A stretch of 37,609 nt of DNA from Candidatus Heimdallarchaeota archaeon. GTDB taxonomy: Archaea; Asgardarchaeota; Heimdallarchaeia; Heimdallarchaeales; Heimdallarchaeaceae. The notes below the pieces were generated by a model. The model was not told where the DNA came from. It made no database searches and saw only the letters and a list, made by a program, of their open reading frames with translations. A program made the position numbers and the translations under genes. This document shows positions 8,532 to 17,418 of the stretch, piece after piece (the stretch's first letter is position 1; each line of letters opens with the position of its first letter). The DNA lies in contig DAOVET010000022.1 in the NCBI GenBank assembly GCA_030668825.1, positions 1 through 37,609 of the forward strand, read 5' to 3'.

Positions 8532-9452
8532 ATGAAAATCAAATTTAACCTTAAAGAAGGTATTAACCATGTCTTCATACCAGTGTATGTAAATGATAAG
8601 GGCCCTTATAATTTCACTTTGGATACTGGAGCTCAAGCTACTACTTTATCTTCGACTTTGACTGAAGAATTAGGCTTGGAAACAAATGAACTCATTGGAG
8701 AAAAATATGAACCGCTAAAGAAAAAACGAAATTTAAAGCTAATTGAAGCTAACTTAAGGATAGGTACAGAAGACCTTATCACTGATGAAGTTTGGACGAT
8801 GGATCTTGGTTTTTCAACTAAAACAAGTGGTAAAAAGATAATTCACACTGCAGAAGTAGATGGTAAAAAGGTGATACGTGCTGAACATCCTAATATCCAA
8901 AAGATGATGAAAACCACTGAATCTGGCGAAAAGGTTATTCATACTACTGATGGTGTAATTGGTTATACTACCCTAAAGAACTACTTACTTTCTGTTAATT
9001 ATAGTACTAGAATCATGCAATTAATAAGAAATGATCAAGAATTCACAAATACTAGTCAAGATAAGATGCAGACGTTCGAATACATTGGAGATACTCATCT
9101 CGTTGGAATTCCAGTTTTAATAAATGAAGAAGGACCTTTTCCCTTTGTAGTTGACACTGGAGCTGGAGGAACTACAATTTCTAAGAATTTAAATGAGAAA
9201 ATGAATCTGCCTTTAAGTGATATTGTTGCTAAAGTTGTAGGTATTCATGGCGCACAAGAAACCCATATAGCGATTATAGATCATCTGACTGTTTCATCTA
9301 CTACCTATGATGATATTTATGCAGTTATAATAGAGGAAAGTATAATTGGTCCTAAATATAAGATAATTGAAAATGGTATTCTAGGTTACAATATATTCAA
9401 AGACCGCGAATTGATAATTGACTATCCTAATCAGACCTGTGCAATTATTTAG
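8532..9452 (+). CDS. Aspartic protease with two retropepsin-like domains
   Basis: FTLDTGA...DGVIGY and FVVDTGA...NGILGY. SD-like GAGG upstream. Confidence 0.85.
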   Translation: MKIKFNLKEGINHVFIPVYVNDKGPYNFTLDTGAQATTLSSTLTEELGLETNELIGEKYEPLKKKRNLKLIEANLRIGTEDLITDEVWTMDLGFSTKTSGKKIIHTAEVDGKKVIRAEHPNIQKMMKTTESGEKVIHTTDGVIGYTTLKNYLLSVNYSTRIMQLIRNDQEFTNTSQDKMQTFEYIGDTHLVGIPVLINEEGPFPFVVDTGAGGTTISKNLNEKMNLPLSDIVAKVVGIHGAQETHIAIIDHLTVSSTTYDDIYAVIIEESIIGPKYKIIENGILGYNIFKDRELIIDYPNQTCAII

Positions 9453-9470
9453 CCATTAGGAGATCTTATT

Positions 9471-10160
9471 ATGACCACATTAAACTTAGAAAAACAAATT
9501 GCTAGAATACCTTTGCTTACTAAAATTATTAACACTGAATCCTGCTTGATTCTTTACTCCTATTTAGCTCTTTATGGAAAAACAACTCCAGCAGAACTAA
9601 GGCAAAGAATTAGTCTAAGCAAAGCAACGATTTTTCGAAGTTTAGCTCAATTAACTGAAGCTGAAATAATAACCAGGGAAGTAAATGATCAGGTAACAGA
9701 TAAACGATATAATGTGGAATATTATATCTCTGAAACTTTGGTAGACTTTAGTAAATTTTCTTTTTCAAAGGAATTAAGAAAATATGCGGAATCTCAAGAA
9801 AAATTAGCCATCCTTGAGGAATGGTTATCCCAAATAGAATTCCTTCCTTTAGTTCTTAATCAGCTCACTTCCCAATTAATGATTTCAACATGTGAGCCTA
9901 CATCCTCTCCAAATGCAAAAAAGACCAGAATTATTAAAACCCTTATTTTCCGATTAAAAGAGGAAGAAAATTACTCACAGTTTCATAAGAAGTTGATAGA
10001 TTTTGTAGAAGACGTAGATCCAAAGCATTCAGAAAAGAAGAGAAATATGAAAGAACCGATGAAGAATCCTGTAGCATTTTCTGTTAGTGTTGTAGCATAT
10101 GATGATTCAGAAATCGAATGTGAAAATATTGTTATCAAAGAAAAAAGACTGAAGAAATAA
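9471..10160 (+). CDS. HTH transcriptional regulator (ArsR/TrmB/IclR-like wHTH)
   Basis: TTPAELRQRISLSKATIFRSLAQLTEAEII. AGGAG SD upstream, 18 bp after the protease stop. Confidence 0.75.
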   Translation: MTTLNLEKQIARIPLLTKIINTESCLILYSYLALYGKTTPAELRQRISLSKATIFRSLAQLTEAEIITREVNDQVTDKRYNVEYYISETLVDFSKFSFSKELRKYAESQEKLAILEEWLSQIEFLPLVLNQLTSQLMISTCEPTSSPNAKKTRIIKTLIFRLKEEENYSQFHKKLIDFVEDVDPKHSEKKRNMKEPMKNPVAFSVSVVAYDDSEIECENIVIKEKRLKK

Positions 10161-10237
10161 TAATCTATTATTTGCTGTCACATTTAGCTATCGTTTATTA
10201 AAATGTAGAGGAATTTCTCAACCCATGGACAGTTAAT

Positions 10238-10720
10238 TTACTGTTTTTCTAATTCCATTTTTAATTCTTCGTTATACTCATTTCTACTAGAATCATATTT
10301 TTTAGCTTTATCTGAATCTGTTAGATTATCCCAATAGTCTTTATATTTGCTAGGGATATCTAGAATGTTTTCGTGATTAAGTATATAATTGGTGGGCATA
10401 GGGTGAGTTCCTATTTCAACCTTAACGCCTATATTCTTCTCAATATGATTTTTGAAAACCTCAATGTACGGACATGGTGGATACCCAGCTAACATACCAG
10501 TTGCAAAGTGGATGACATCCGCACCATAATTCTTCATTCCTGAAGCAACATATTCCATATTCCCCCCTGGACACCCTCCACAAGTTGAATAACCAACTAC
10601 TTCCACTTCCTCTTTACTATATTTTTTAAAAGCTCCGTCTCGCTCTCTAACAGATCTAAAACATTTTCCTCCATTGCAAGAATTATAACGATCACAAATA
10701 ATAATACCAATTCTTTTCAT
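10238..10720 (-). CDS. CGGC domain protein (predicted metal/Fe-S binding)
   Basis: IGIIIC...C.GGKC, TCGGCPG, IHFATG, YPPCP and GTH motifs. Confidence 0.9.
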   Translation of the reverse strand: MKRIGIIICDRYNSCNGGKCFRSVRERDGAFKKYSKEEVEVVGYSTCGGCPGGNMEYVASGMKNYGADVIHFATGMLAGYPPCPYIEVFKNHIEKNIGVKVEIGTHPMPTNYILNHENILDIPSKYKDYWDNLTDSDKAKKYDSSRNEYNEELKMELEKQ

Positions 10721-10975
10721 CTTAAATCGATAAAAAAACCATTTTAAATATTTTAAACCTTATTCAACGACACTGTTCACAAGATATTAATGCTTTCATC
10801 ATAAATTTTGGAAGAACTTAAGTCTACATTATCGATGAGTGTATTGTACAGCTAAAAAAACCTATTCGAAAAGGAATGCGAATACAAGTAAAAGACCATT
10901 AATCTGATACCAATCACAATTATTAAATCGGAATGTCCAGCATCTCGTTTTAAAATCCTTTTAATAATATTTCTA

Positions 10976-11416
10976 AGTATTTTCCATAGATACGTTCAAC
11001 ATCTTATTGAGTTTGATTTCGTTGCTCTGTATGGAAAATGTGTAGCTATGGATAAACCACTGACAGAGAAACTCTTTGCCAGAACTGCTAAATTCTTCTT
11101 TGTGGATTCCTATTATGATAAAATAGTTTGTGAAGAACCTAATTGTATTGAAAGTTTGAGTGATCCATTAGGTCTCATCTATGATGTTCATGCTCCTGAA
11201 AAAAAACATCTAGAAGAATTCACTGCTCTCTTAAAAGACAGTTTTAAGAAAGTCACGAAGATATTATTCAAAGAAAAACCTGACGAATTTGTTCAAAAAG
11301 TTGAAAAGCTATCTCTAAAGGAGATAACTGACGTTATACAAACACTCAGTATTATTGAATTAGTAAGAAATTCTAAGAATTACTCTAAATTACTTTCATG
11401 CCTTGATAAAAAGTAA
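10976..11416 (+). pseudogene. 5'-truncated wHTH regulator (homolog of 6207..6890 type)
   Basis: The frame upstream of ATG 11048 reads SIFHRYVQHLIEFDFVALYGKCVAMDKPLTEKLFARTAKFFF, which is the HTH recognition helix and wing. There is no start codon back to TAA at 10889-10891. Confidence 0.55.
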
Positions 11417-11470
11417 AATTTCTCTTAGAATTTTCTCAAGAAATTTTCTAGATCCCAAGAGTTTATAGTT

Positions 11471-12334
11471 TTACATCTCTTCAAGAATTGTTTTTTTGAT
11501 TGTTTGTGTGAACTCAAATACACCTGGCTTAGTATGACAGTAGTCATAAGCTGGTACATCTATTATCTTACAGTTTTGTATTAATTCATAAACAGCTTGA
11601 ATTTCATTAGATTCATGATATTTATCACCAGGTGTTCTAACAATGAAGACAGGAATCTTCATTTTCTTAAAATCCTCTGTTGCATCCCAGTCCTGTAAAT
11701 CTCTGCAATGTTTCCATCTTCGCACATCAACATTACTGATTCTGTCGTAGAAGACTTGTTTTTGAAACCCTTCAGCCACTTTATTCCTTAGATATATTCT
11801 AGCAACTAGCTTTCCTAAAGTATTCATCACAAAAGCAGGAAGTAAGAAAAAGAAATTTAGTAATTTTTTTGGAGCACGTGGTTTTCGAGAAGGACCTGTC
11901 AAGAAACAACCTTTTGGTGTAAACCTGTTTTGCCCTACCATGTGTGCAACATAACTTGCACCAAGACTTGAACCAAAAAGAACTAATTTCTTTTCATCTA
12001 GCTTTAGAAATTCAATAGCTTCTACAAAATCAAGAGCAATTCGATGAATTGAACACTCACTTCTTTTCGTTAATTCATTAGATTTTTTATCTCTTGGATC
12101 AACAATAACTAAATTAAATTCTTGATGTAAAGCATCCCAAAAGTCACTCCAAGTGAAATATCCTGATGCAAAACCTTGAACAAAGAAAAATACTATATCA
12201 GGTTTCGTTTTGTTACCTAAGGAATACTGACAATGAATTTCTTGCCCATCAGACATTGGGATATAAACTTTATTTGATTCTGTGATAAAGAGAAGATCCT
12301 GAGTTTGTTTTTCTGTTCTTGAATTTCTTTGCAT
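11471..12334 (-). CDS. Alpha/beta hydrolase (lipase/esterase-like)
   Basis: FVQGF oxyanion loop, VDPR, GSSLG nucleophile elbow, and late Asp/His. Confidence 0.8.
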   Translation of the reverse strand: MQRNSRTEKQTQDLLFITESNKVYIPMSDGQEIHCQYSLGNKTKPDIVFFFVQGFASGYFTWSDFWDALHQEFNLVIVDPRDKKSNELTKRSECSIHRIALDFVEAIEFLKLDEKKLVLFGSSLGASYVAHMVGQNRFTPKGCFLTGPSRKPRAPKKLLNFFFLLPAFVMNTLGKLVARIYLRNKVAEGFQKQVFYDRISNVDVRRWKHCRDLQDWDATEDFKKMKIPVFIVRTPGDKYHESNEIQAVYELIQNCKIIDVPAYDYCHTKPGVFEFTQTIKKTILEEM

Positions 12335-12347
12335 ACCTGTTAACCTT

Positions 12348-13211
12348 TTAGTCTATATGTGGAACCAAAGTAGCTTGAAAACTCTTAACTCCTGTGGATA
12401 GCATCACACAAGGAGGAATTTCCCAATTCAAAACTTCTTCTATAATTGTTAATTTCTTAATCTCATTTTCAAATAGACTAAAATAATTTGTATTAAATGC
12501 ATCGCTCAAGATTAGATCATATTCAACATCATTGGATTGTAATTCTGAAAATTTCTCAGCAGCTTTCTTTATAGCTCCTTTAAATCCCATGCCTGCACCA
12601 TACCCTTGAGCTCCTTTATCAAGTACAACTTCATATAGAGGTTTTAATTTTAATAGAGATGCCATAATACTTAGAGAAACCTTTTTCTGTACTTTTCCTG
12701 TTTTAAAAAGCACTTCGAAAGAAGGTGACATTCCTATAGTGAAAGTTTGAGTTCTCATCAAATCTAAAATTGAGAGGATTTCATCAACATTATTACCTTG
12801 TTTCACAAATTTGACTGCATTATAAACCAAAGCTCCTTGACTAGATGTGCTTAAACCACATTCATATAGAGTTACTTTAATTTTATCTCTAATTTTCTTA
12901 GCAGCAATTTTGGCAGAGTTGAATTGATTTGATATAGTCTGAGAAAGTCCAATATAAAAGATTTCATCATATTTTTCCTCTAGAGCTTGATTAAATATAT
13001 CAAGAGCTTCTTGAGGACTAGCCATTGTTGTCGTTGGGTAGGGATCAAGTTTTGGAATAGAGTTAGCTAAATCTTTACGATCCAGTTCAGTTATCTCTTT
13101 TAGATCTTGACCATCAAGAAAAATTTTGCTCTCAAGAATTCCAATATTTTCCTTTTCTGCAAATTCTTGAGGAATACCAGAAGTTGAATCTGTTACAATT
13201 TTAATTTTCAT
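12348..13211 (-). CDS. DegV family fatty-acid-binding protein (FakB-like)
   Basis: KIKIVTDST, PTTTMASP, LSQTIS, LFKTGKV and LLKLKP match DegV patterns. Confidence 0.85.
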   Translation of the reverse strand: MKIKIVTDSTSGIPQEFAEKENIGILESKIFLDGQDLKEITELDRKDLANSIPKLDPYPTTTMASPQEALDIFNQALEEKYDEIFYIGLSQTISNQFNSAKIAAKKIRDKIKVTLYECGLSTSSQGALVYNAVKFVKQGNNVDEILSILDLMRTQTFTIGMSPSFEVLFKTGKVQKKVSLSIMASLLKLKPLYEVVLDKGAQGYGAGMGFKGAIKKAAEKFSELQSNDVEYDLILSDAFNTNYFSLFENEIKKLTIIEEVLNWEIPPCVMLSTGVKSFQATLVPHID

Positions 13212-13387
13212 AATTCGAACCTTTTACGATTTCTTAAAAATATTTGTAGGTTGGGTTCTCCACAAAAGCATAATCCCTCTTATAGAAAGATGAAATCTTA
13301 TTTCAATTTAAAATTTTATTAAACCCATATTATTTCCACAAATAGATTTTTTATTCTTAACCTTAGCTACTAGTAAGAAAAAGAAAT

Positions 13388-13405
13388 GAAGAGAAGTTTC
13401 TCTTC
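13388..13405 (-). terminator. Inverted repeat followed by T-tract downstream of 13464..14105
   Basis: GAAGAGAA-GT-TTCTCTTC, with a T-rich run immediately 3' on the minus strand. Confidence 0.4.
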
Positions 13406-13463
13406 TTAATGTGCTTACATTTCTCAAATCTTATGTGTTGTTGGTTTTTCAGGTATTGTTATT

Positions 13464-14105
13464 TCAGTGCCAACATGCGTTGATTTCAAATTCCATATCA
13501 AAAGCCCATGGCCAAGGAAACCATCCTTCAATTATTACAGTTAGCGAGTGAATTCCGACTGATAACGCTCCAGGTTTAAAGATCATACCCTCCTGAAACC
13601 ACCAAATTGCTGAATCTACGTATCCTGCTGGAATCCAAACTCCAGGAAGTATTTCAACTGGTTCTTCAACAATGTATTCTTGGAAACGAGCCGGTTTTAG
13701 AGGTGTTTTAATTCCTTCGCAGAACTCTCCGTCTAGGATATAATCTATATTAATCATATCCCATGCAAGGTAGAAATCCTTGAAGCTAGCACCTAGAAAG
13801 TCTATATCTGATTGCCAGAATGAAACTCCCACACTGATATAGTGTGCATCTTCGACGCAATAATCCCAAGGAGGAGCCCACCAAACTTCTATTTTTTGAG
13901 TAGTGGTTACAACAGCTGGTAAGTTTGCCATATAGTCGAGACCAAGACCTCGAAATTCAACTCCATATGCTCCATTAGCAAGAAAACCTGCCATTGCATC
14001 ACCATATGTGTGGTGTTTGTAAGGTTGTACAGCAGATACTCCGTTAACTAGCATAATACCAACAAAGCAAAAGATTAGCATAGATATTATTCTTCTTTTG
14101 TTCAT
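13464..14105 (-). CDS. Secreted hypothetical protein
   Basis: Signal peptide MNKRRIISMLIFCFVGIMLVNGVSA. ATG 14105 has a GGTGGTG SD, whereas the track uses TTG 14120. Trp/Pro-rich, no recognised family. Confidence 0.75.
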   Translation of the reverse strand: MNKRRIISMLIFCFVGIMLVNGVSAVQPYKHHTYGDAMAGFLANGAYGVEFRGLGLDYMANLPAVVTTTQKIEVWWAPPWDYCVEDAHYISVGVSFWQSDIDFLGASFKDFYLAWDMINIDYILDGEFCEGIKTPLKPARFQEYIVEEPVEILPGVWIPAGYVDSAIWWFQEGMIFKPGALSVGIHSLTVIIEGWFPWPWAFDMEFEINACWH

Positions 14106-14299
14106 TTTTCGCACCACCAAAGTTTATTATAAACTTTAGTAATGACTAATAAGGACATAAAGCTATAAAAATCTTTCTCGAATATAATAATAAATAAATT
14201 ACTAGTTCTTGTTCATCAAATTCATATTTCAAATAAAAAGGATTCTCCTTGATTTTGTAGAAAAATATATATCCTCACGATTTTAGATTATCTGATAAT

Positions 14300-15418
14300 A
14301 TGAGTAAAGCAGATGTAAAACCAAAACCAAAATTCATTTTTTTTCTTAAGAATCTAGGTTTACTTTGGAAATTAAAACGAGCTGATCGGAAGGTTGGAGA
14401 GGATTTTGTTAATGCTAATAAAAAACTTCTAGAGCCAATTTATCCTGTTTCTGAAGGCAGTAAAGGTCCCATGGAGGAAGGAATGATCTATGTGATGTTT
14501 AACTCTGAAGGAAAAGAGGATCCAGATAAAATTGATACTGTTTTCAGATTCTTCTGGGTTGATGCTCCTGTTCTTCGTTTATCTGTCTTGGATTCTTTTA
14601 TTGTTTCTGAAAAACTCAAAACTAGAAAATGGGATGAATTCTATCCAAGAGGAGTCTTGCTCAATAAGATGAAAGATCGATATCATCAGGAGGTTTCTGA
14701 ACCTGAAGTAGACTTTCTTATAGATGGTACTTGGGATGAAGGTTATTCTTTTGTGTTTAATGATAAAAAATTGGACATCACTGCAAAATTGAACTATACT
14801 CCAACTAATGATAAAGGGATCTTAGTCTACTATAATGGGCGAATGGCTATCAGCCCTTCTATGGCTCAGAAATTCTATGATAGCTTTGCATTCAAAGTTA
14901 CTGGAGAAATAGTTGTAGAAGGTCAGAAGGTAGAACTCAAGAATGGTCGTGGAATAATTGAGCATGGTATAGGTATTTTTTCTAGCTTACACATTTATGA
15001 TTGGAGATGGTTAAATTTGCAATTCCCTGAAGGGGCAATTCATCTATTTTATCATTCTCTAGATATAGAGGAGGAAGGAATTTTTGAAGCGGGAGAGGGT
15101 GCTCTGGTTATAGATGATGAATGGTTTCATTTTCAACCCTATGATTTCGATATAGAAGAAACTGGTTTTGCAGAAGATGAAAACTTACCCTCAAAAGTTC
15201 CGACTGCATGGAGAGTAACTGGAGGAAAGGATGCATCTGGGAAAAATCTCTTAGATTTGGAAGTTACCTCTACAGCAAAAATATCTTGGCTGGGTGTTCT
15301 CGGAAAAGAGAATCAGTACATAACTAACTATGTTTTAGAAGCTGAAGGGACTTGGAAAGGTAAAAGTATTAAAGGAAAGGGAACATTGGAGAATATGATG
15401 CATAGGATAATTGAGTAG
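14300..15418 (+). CDS. AttH/tocopherol cyclase/lipocalin-like beta-barrel protein
   Basis: VTGEIVVEG...GRGIIEHG, WRWLNLQF, VPTAWRV and GTWKGKSIKGKGTLE pattern of the AttH-like fold. Confidence 0.6.
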   Translation: MSKADVKPKPKFIFFLKNLGLLWKLKRADRKVGEDFVNANKKLLEPIYPVSEGSKGPMEEGMIYVMFNSEGKEDPDKIDTVFRFFWVDAPVLRLSVLDSFIVSEKLKTRKWDEFYPRGVLLNKMKDRYHQEVSEPEVDFLIDGTWDEGYSFVFNDKKLDITAKLNYTPTNDKGILVYYNGRMAISPSMAQKFYDSFAFKVTGEIVVEGQKVELKNGRGIIEHGIGIFSSLHIYDWRWLNLQFPEGAIHLFYHSLDIEEEGIFEAGEGALVIDDEWFHFQPYDFDIEETGFAEDENLPSKVPTAWRVTGGKDASGKNLLDLEVTSTAKISWLGVLGKENQYITNYVLEAEGTWKGKSIKGKGTLENMMHRIIE

Positions 15419-15436
15419 ATTTACATTCTAACAAAT

Positions 15437-15733
15437 ATGTGTCGATTTCTCTTAGTACAGAAAGAATTAATAATTGAGTATTGCTCATTAATATCTGGAG
15501 CGTTCTTTGTTATACCTAATCCAACAATTATCCCAAATATATTTGGTAATTCATTAGGTTTATTTGATCTACTTGCTGCTGCACCAGCTATAAGGATTTT
15601 TAGAGGTCTTCTCCTTTACGATAATACATTATCTAATCATCTATTTGATCTCACCTTGCTAATAATCCTATCAGCAATATTCTTAGCACTAGGACTTTTC
15701 TTATACTCGAGAAAACACTTTAAGCCTGAATAA
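15437..15733 (+). pseudogene. Orphan C-terminal fragment of an ABC-2 type permease
   Basis: LISGAFF..P...APAIRIFRGLLL...LTLLIILSAIFLALGLFLY resembles the last helices of ABC-2 permeases. The N-terminal part is absent. Confidence 0.55.
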
Positions 15734-16073
15734 AGAGAGTTAACCCTCTCTCATTTTTCCTCTTTATTCTTCACTATTAATTAGATGTCACATTTATATT
15801 TTTCAAAATTCTGATTGTATGTTCAATATCCTCATCTGTTATCATATCTAAAATCTTACTTATTTCTTCATTCTGTATCTCTCTTTGTTTATTGTAATTT
15901 ACTACCTTATTTAGTTGCATTTTTGAAAATACTAGAGTAAATTTCACTTCAGAATCTGTATAATTGATGACAAAACCATCATTAATCTTAATAACAAGAA
16001 AGATAAAATATTATCGTAATTTACTTCAACACTGAAAAATTTCAATAAACAGATTATATATCGGAGTAATAAA

Positions 16074-16640
16074 ATGAGCTTTATGTCTTCTTTTTCCAAA
16101 TGGTTAATGAAAAAACTAAGAGCGGAAAAGAAGGCTAAAATTCTTATTTTGGGGCTTGATGCTGCAGGTAAAACTACATTGACTAGATTTGTTAATACTG
16201 GAGTATTCCTAGAAGGACTTACTCCAACAATTGGTCAGAATATAGATACGATAAGTTTTGAAGGGTGGGATATTACTACGATTGATGTTGCAGGTCAAGA
16301 GCAGTTTCGATTTCTCTGGGAAATTCATTACCCAGGCTGCAGTGCTGCGATCTTCGTCATTGACGCAGCTGATATTGAACGTTTGCCCGAGGCACGTGAC
16401 CTTCTTCGAATTCATCTTTTTAATAATCCAATTCTTGAACAAGTTCCTGCTTTGATTTTAGCTAACAAGCAAGATCTTCCTGGTGCAATTCAAGCTCCAA
16501 TAATGATACAACTTTTGAATTTACACTTGGATATGAAAGAACGTACGTTTGCTGTTTTTGATTGTAGTGCTTTAACAGGTAAAGGGGTAGTTGAAGCATT
16601 TGCTTGGTTGGTAAATCAGCTTGAAATGAGTAAAATGTAA
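16074..16640 (+). CDS. Arf-family small GTPase (eukaryotic signature protein)
   Basis: G1 GLDAAGKTT, G2 TPTIG, G3 DVAGQ, G4 ANKQDL, G5 CSAL, plus an N-terminal amphipathic extension. Confidence 0.92.
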   Translation: MSFMSSFSKWLMKKLRAEKKAKILILGLDAAGKTTLTRFVNTGVFLEGLTPTIGQNIDTISFEGWDITTIDVAGQEQFRFLWEIHYPGCSAAIFVIDAADIERLPEARDLLRIHLFNNPILEQVPALILANKQDLPGAIQAPIMIQLLNLHLDMKERTFAVFDCSALTGKGVVEAFAWLVNQLEMSKM

Positions 16641-16664
16641 CTTACAGGACTGATTTGACTATAT

Positions 16665-16958
16665 TTATTCCCATTCTCCTAGGACTGCAATGGCTGTTTT
16701 CAAGCTGGAACATTTAGGACATTCAATACTTTCTGTGTCGTTATCAGGTTCAGTAATTCCATTTTTTGGAACCTGTAAGGTTTGTTCATTTTCTTGACCA
16801 CAATCTATACAGGTTTTCAGAAAAATGATTTTTTCACATACTTCACAATAGTAGTTGTGGAGTTGGTTTTTAGAGTTCTTTCCAACTTCGTGGTATAATG
16901 TTAGTTTTAGTTCGCAACCACGACAATAGAAGTAATATCGCTTTCCCATTAGTCCCAC
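16665..16958 (-). CDS. Small zinc-ribbon protein
   Basis: Four CxxC pairs (CRGC, CEVC, CIDC, CPKC). GTG start, with an alternative ATG at 16949. Confidence 0.7.
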   Translation of the reverse strand: MGLMGKRYYFYCRGCELKLTLYHEVGKNSKNQLHNYYCEVCEKIIFLKTCIDCGQENEQTLQVPKNGITEPDNDTESIECPKCSSLKTAIAVLGEWE

Positions 16959-17126
16959 ACCTATGATTAACTAAGGAATCGAAATATAATAAAAGGTACG
17001 TAGGGAGTATAATGCAACGGTTTTACAACAATTCTTTTCATTAGATAGCGACCTGAACAATTTTGTAAAGAATGATGCTATCCTTTTAATATTCTTTTCA
17101 AAGCTATTTTAAAATCAATTTTTATC

Positions 17127-17369
17127 TTAGCCTCCCCCTACTGCAGGGAATAAAGAAATTATGCTGCTCTCTTCATTGATTATATCATCCACTGATGCTC
17201 TGAGTCCATTAACTAAAATTATTTTTACTTCTTCTTGGTTAAAATTCAATCGTGCAATTAACTGAGCAAGTGTTGTTCCTTTATCAATTTCCATCTCTAA
17301 TGGATTTAAATCACTAACACTAGGATATTTTTTCCTCAGAGATGCAAATACTTTAACAAATATTTTCAT
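17127..17369 (-). CDS. moaD: MoaD/ThiS/SAMP ubiquitin-like sulfur carrier
   Basis: VKVFASLR, ILVNG and C-terminal FPAVGGG. Lies directly downstream of aor. Confidence 0.85.
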   Translation of the reverse strand: MKIFVKVFASLRKKYPSVSDLNPLEMEIDKGTTLAQLIARLNFNQEEVKIILVNGLRASVDDIINEESSIISLFPAVGGG

Positions 17370-17418
17370 GTATTTCCCAGCTATAAAATAATAAAAAAAA
17401 AGAAGAATAAAGATTTAT

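Noticed and set aside
15778-15950. Short minus-strand frame (..MQLNKVVNYNKQREIQNEEISKILDMITDEDIEHTIRILKNINVTSN*)
   Set aside because: It is under 60 aa with no clear family or start context. It may be a gene remnant, but I cannot support that.
17045-17082. GATAGC...GCTATC hairpin containing CTGA and ATGATG (C/D-box-like)
   Set aside because: The box order and a short 6-bp stem are insufficient to call a C/D sRNA or riboswitch.
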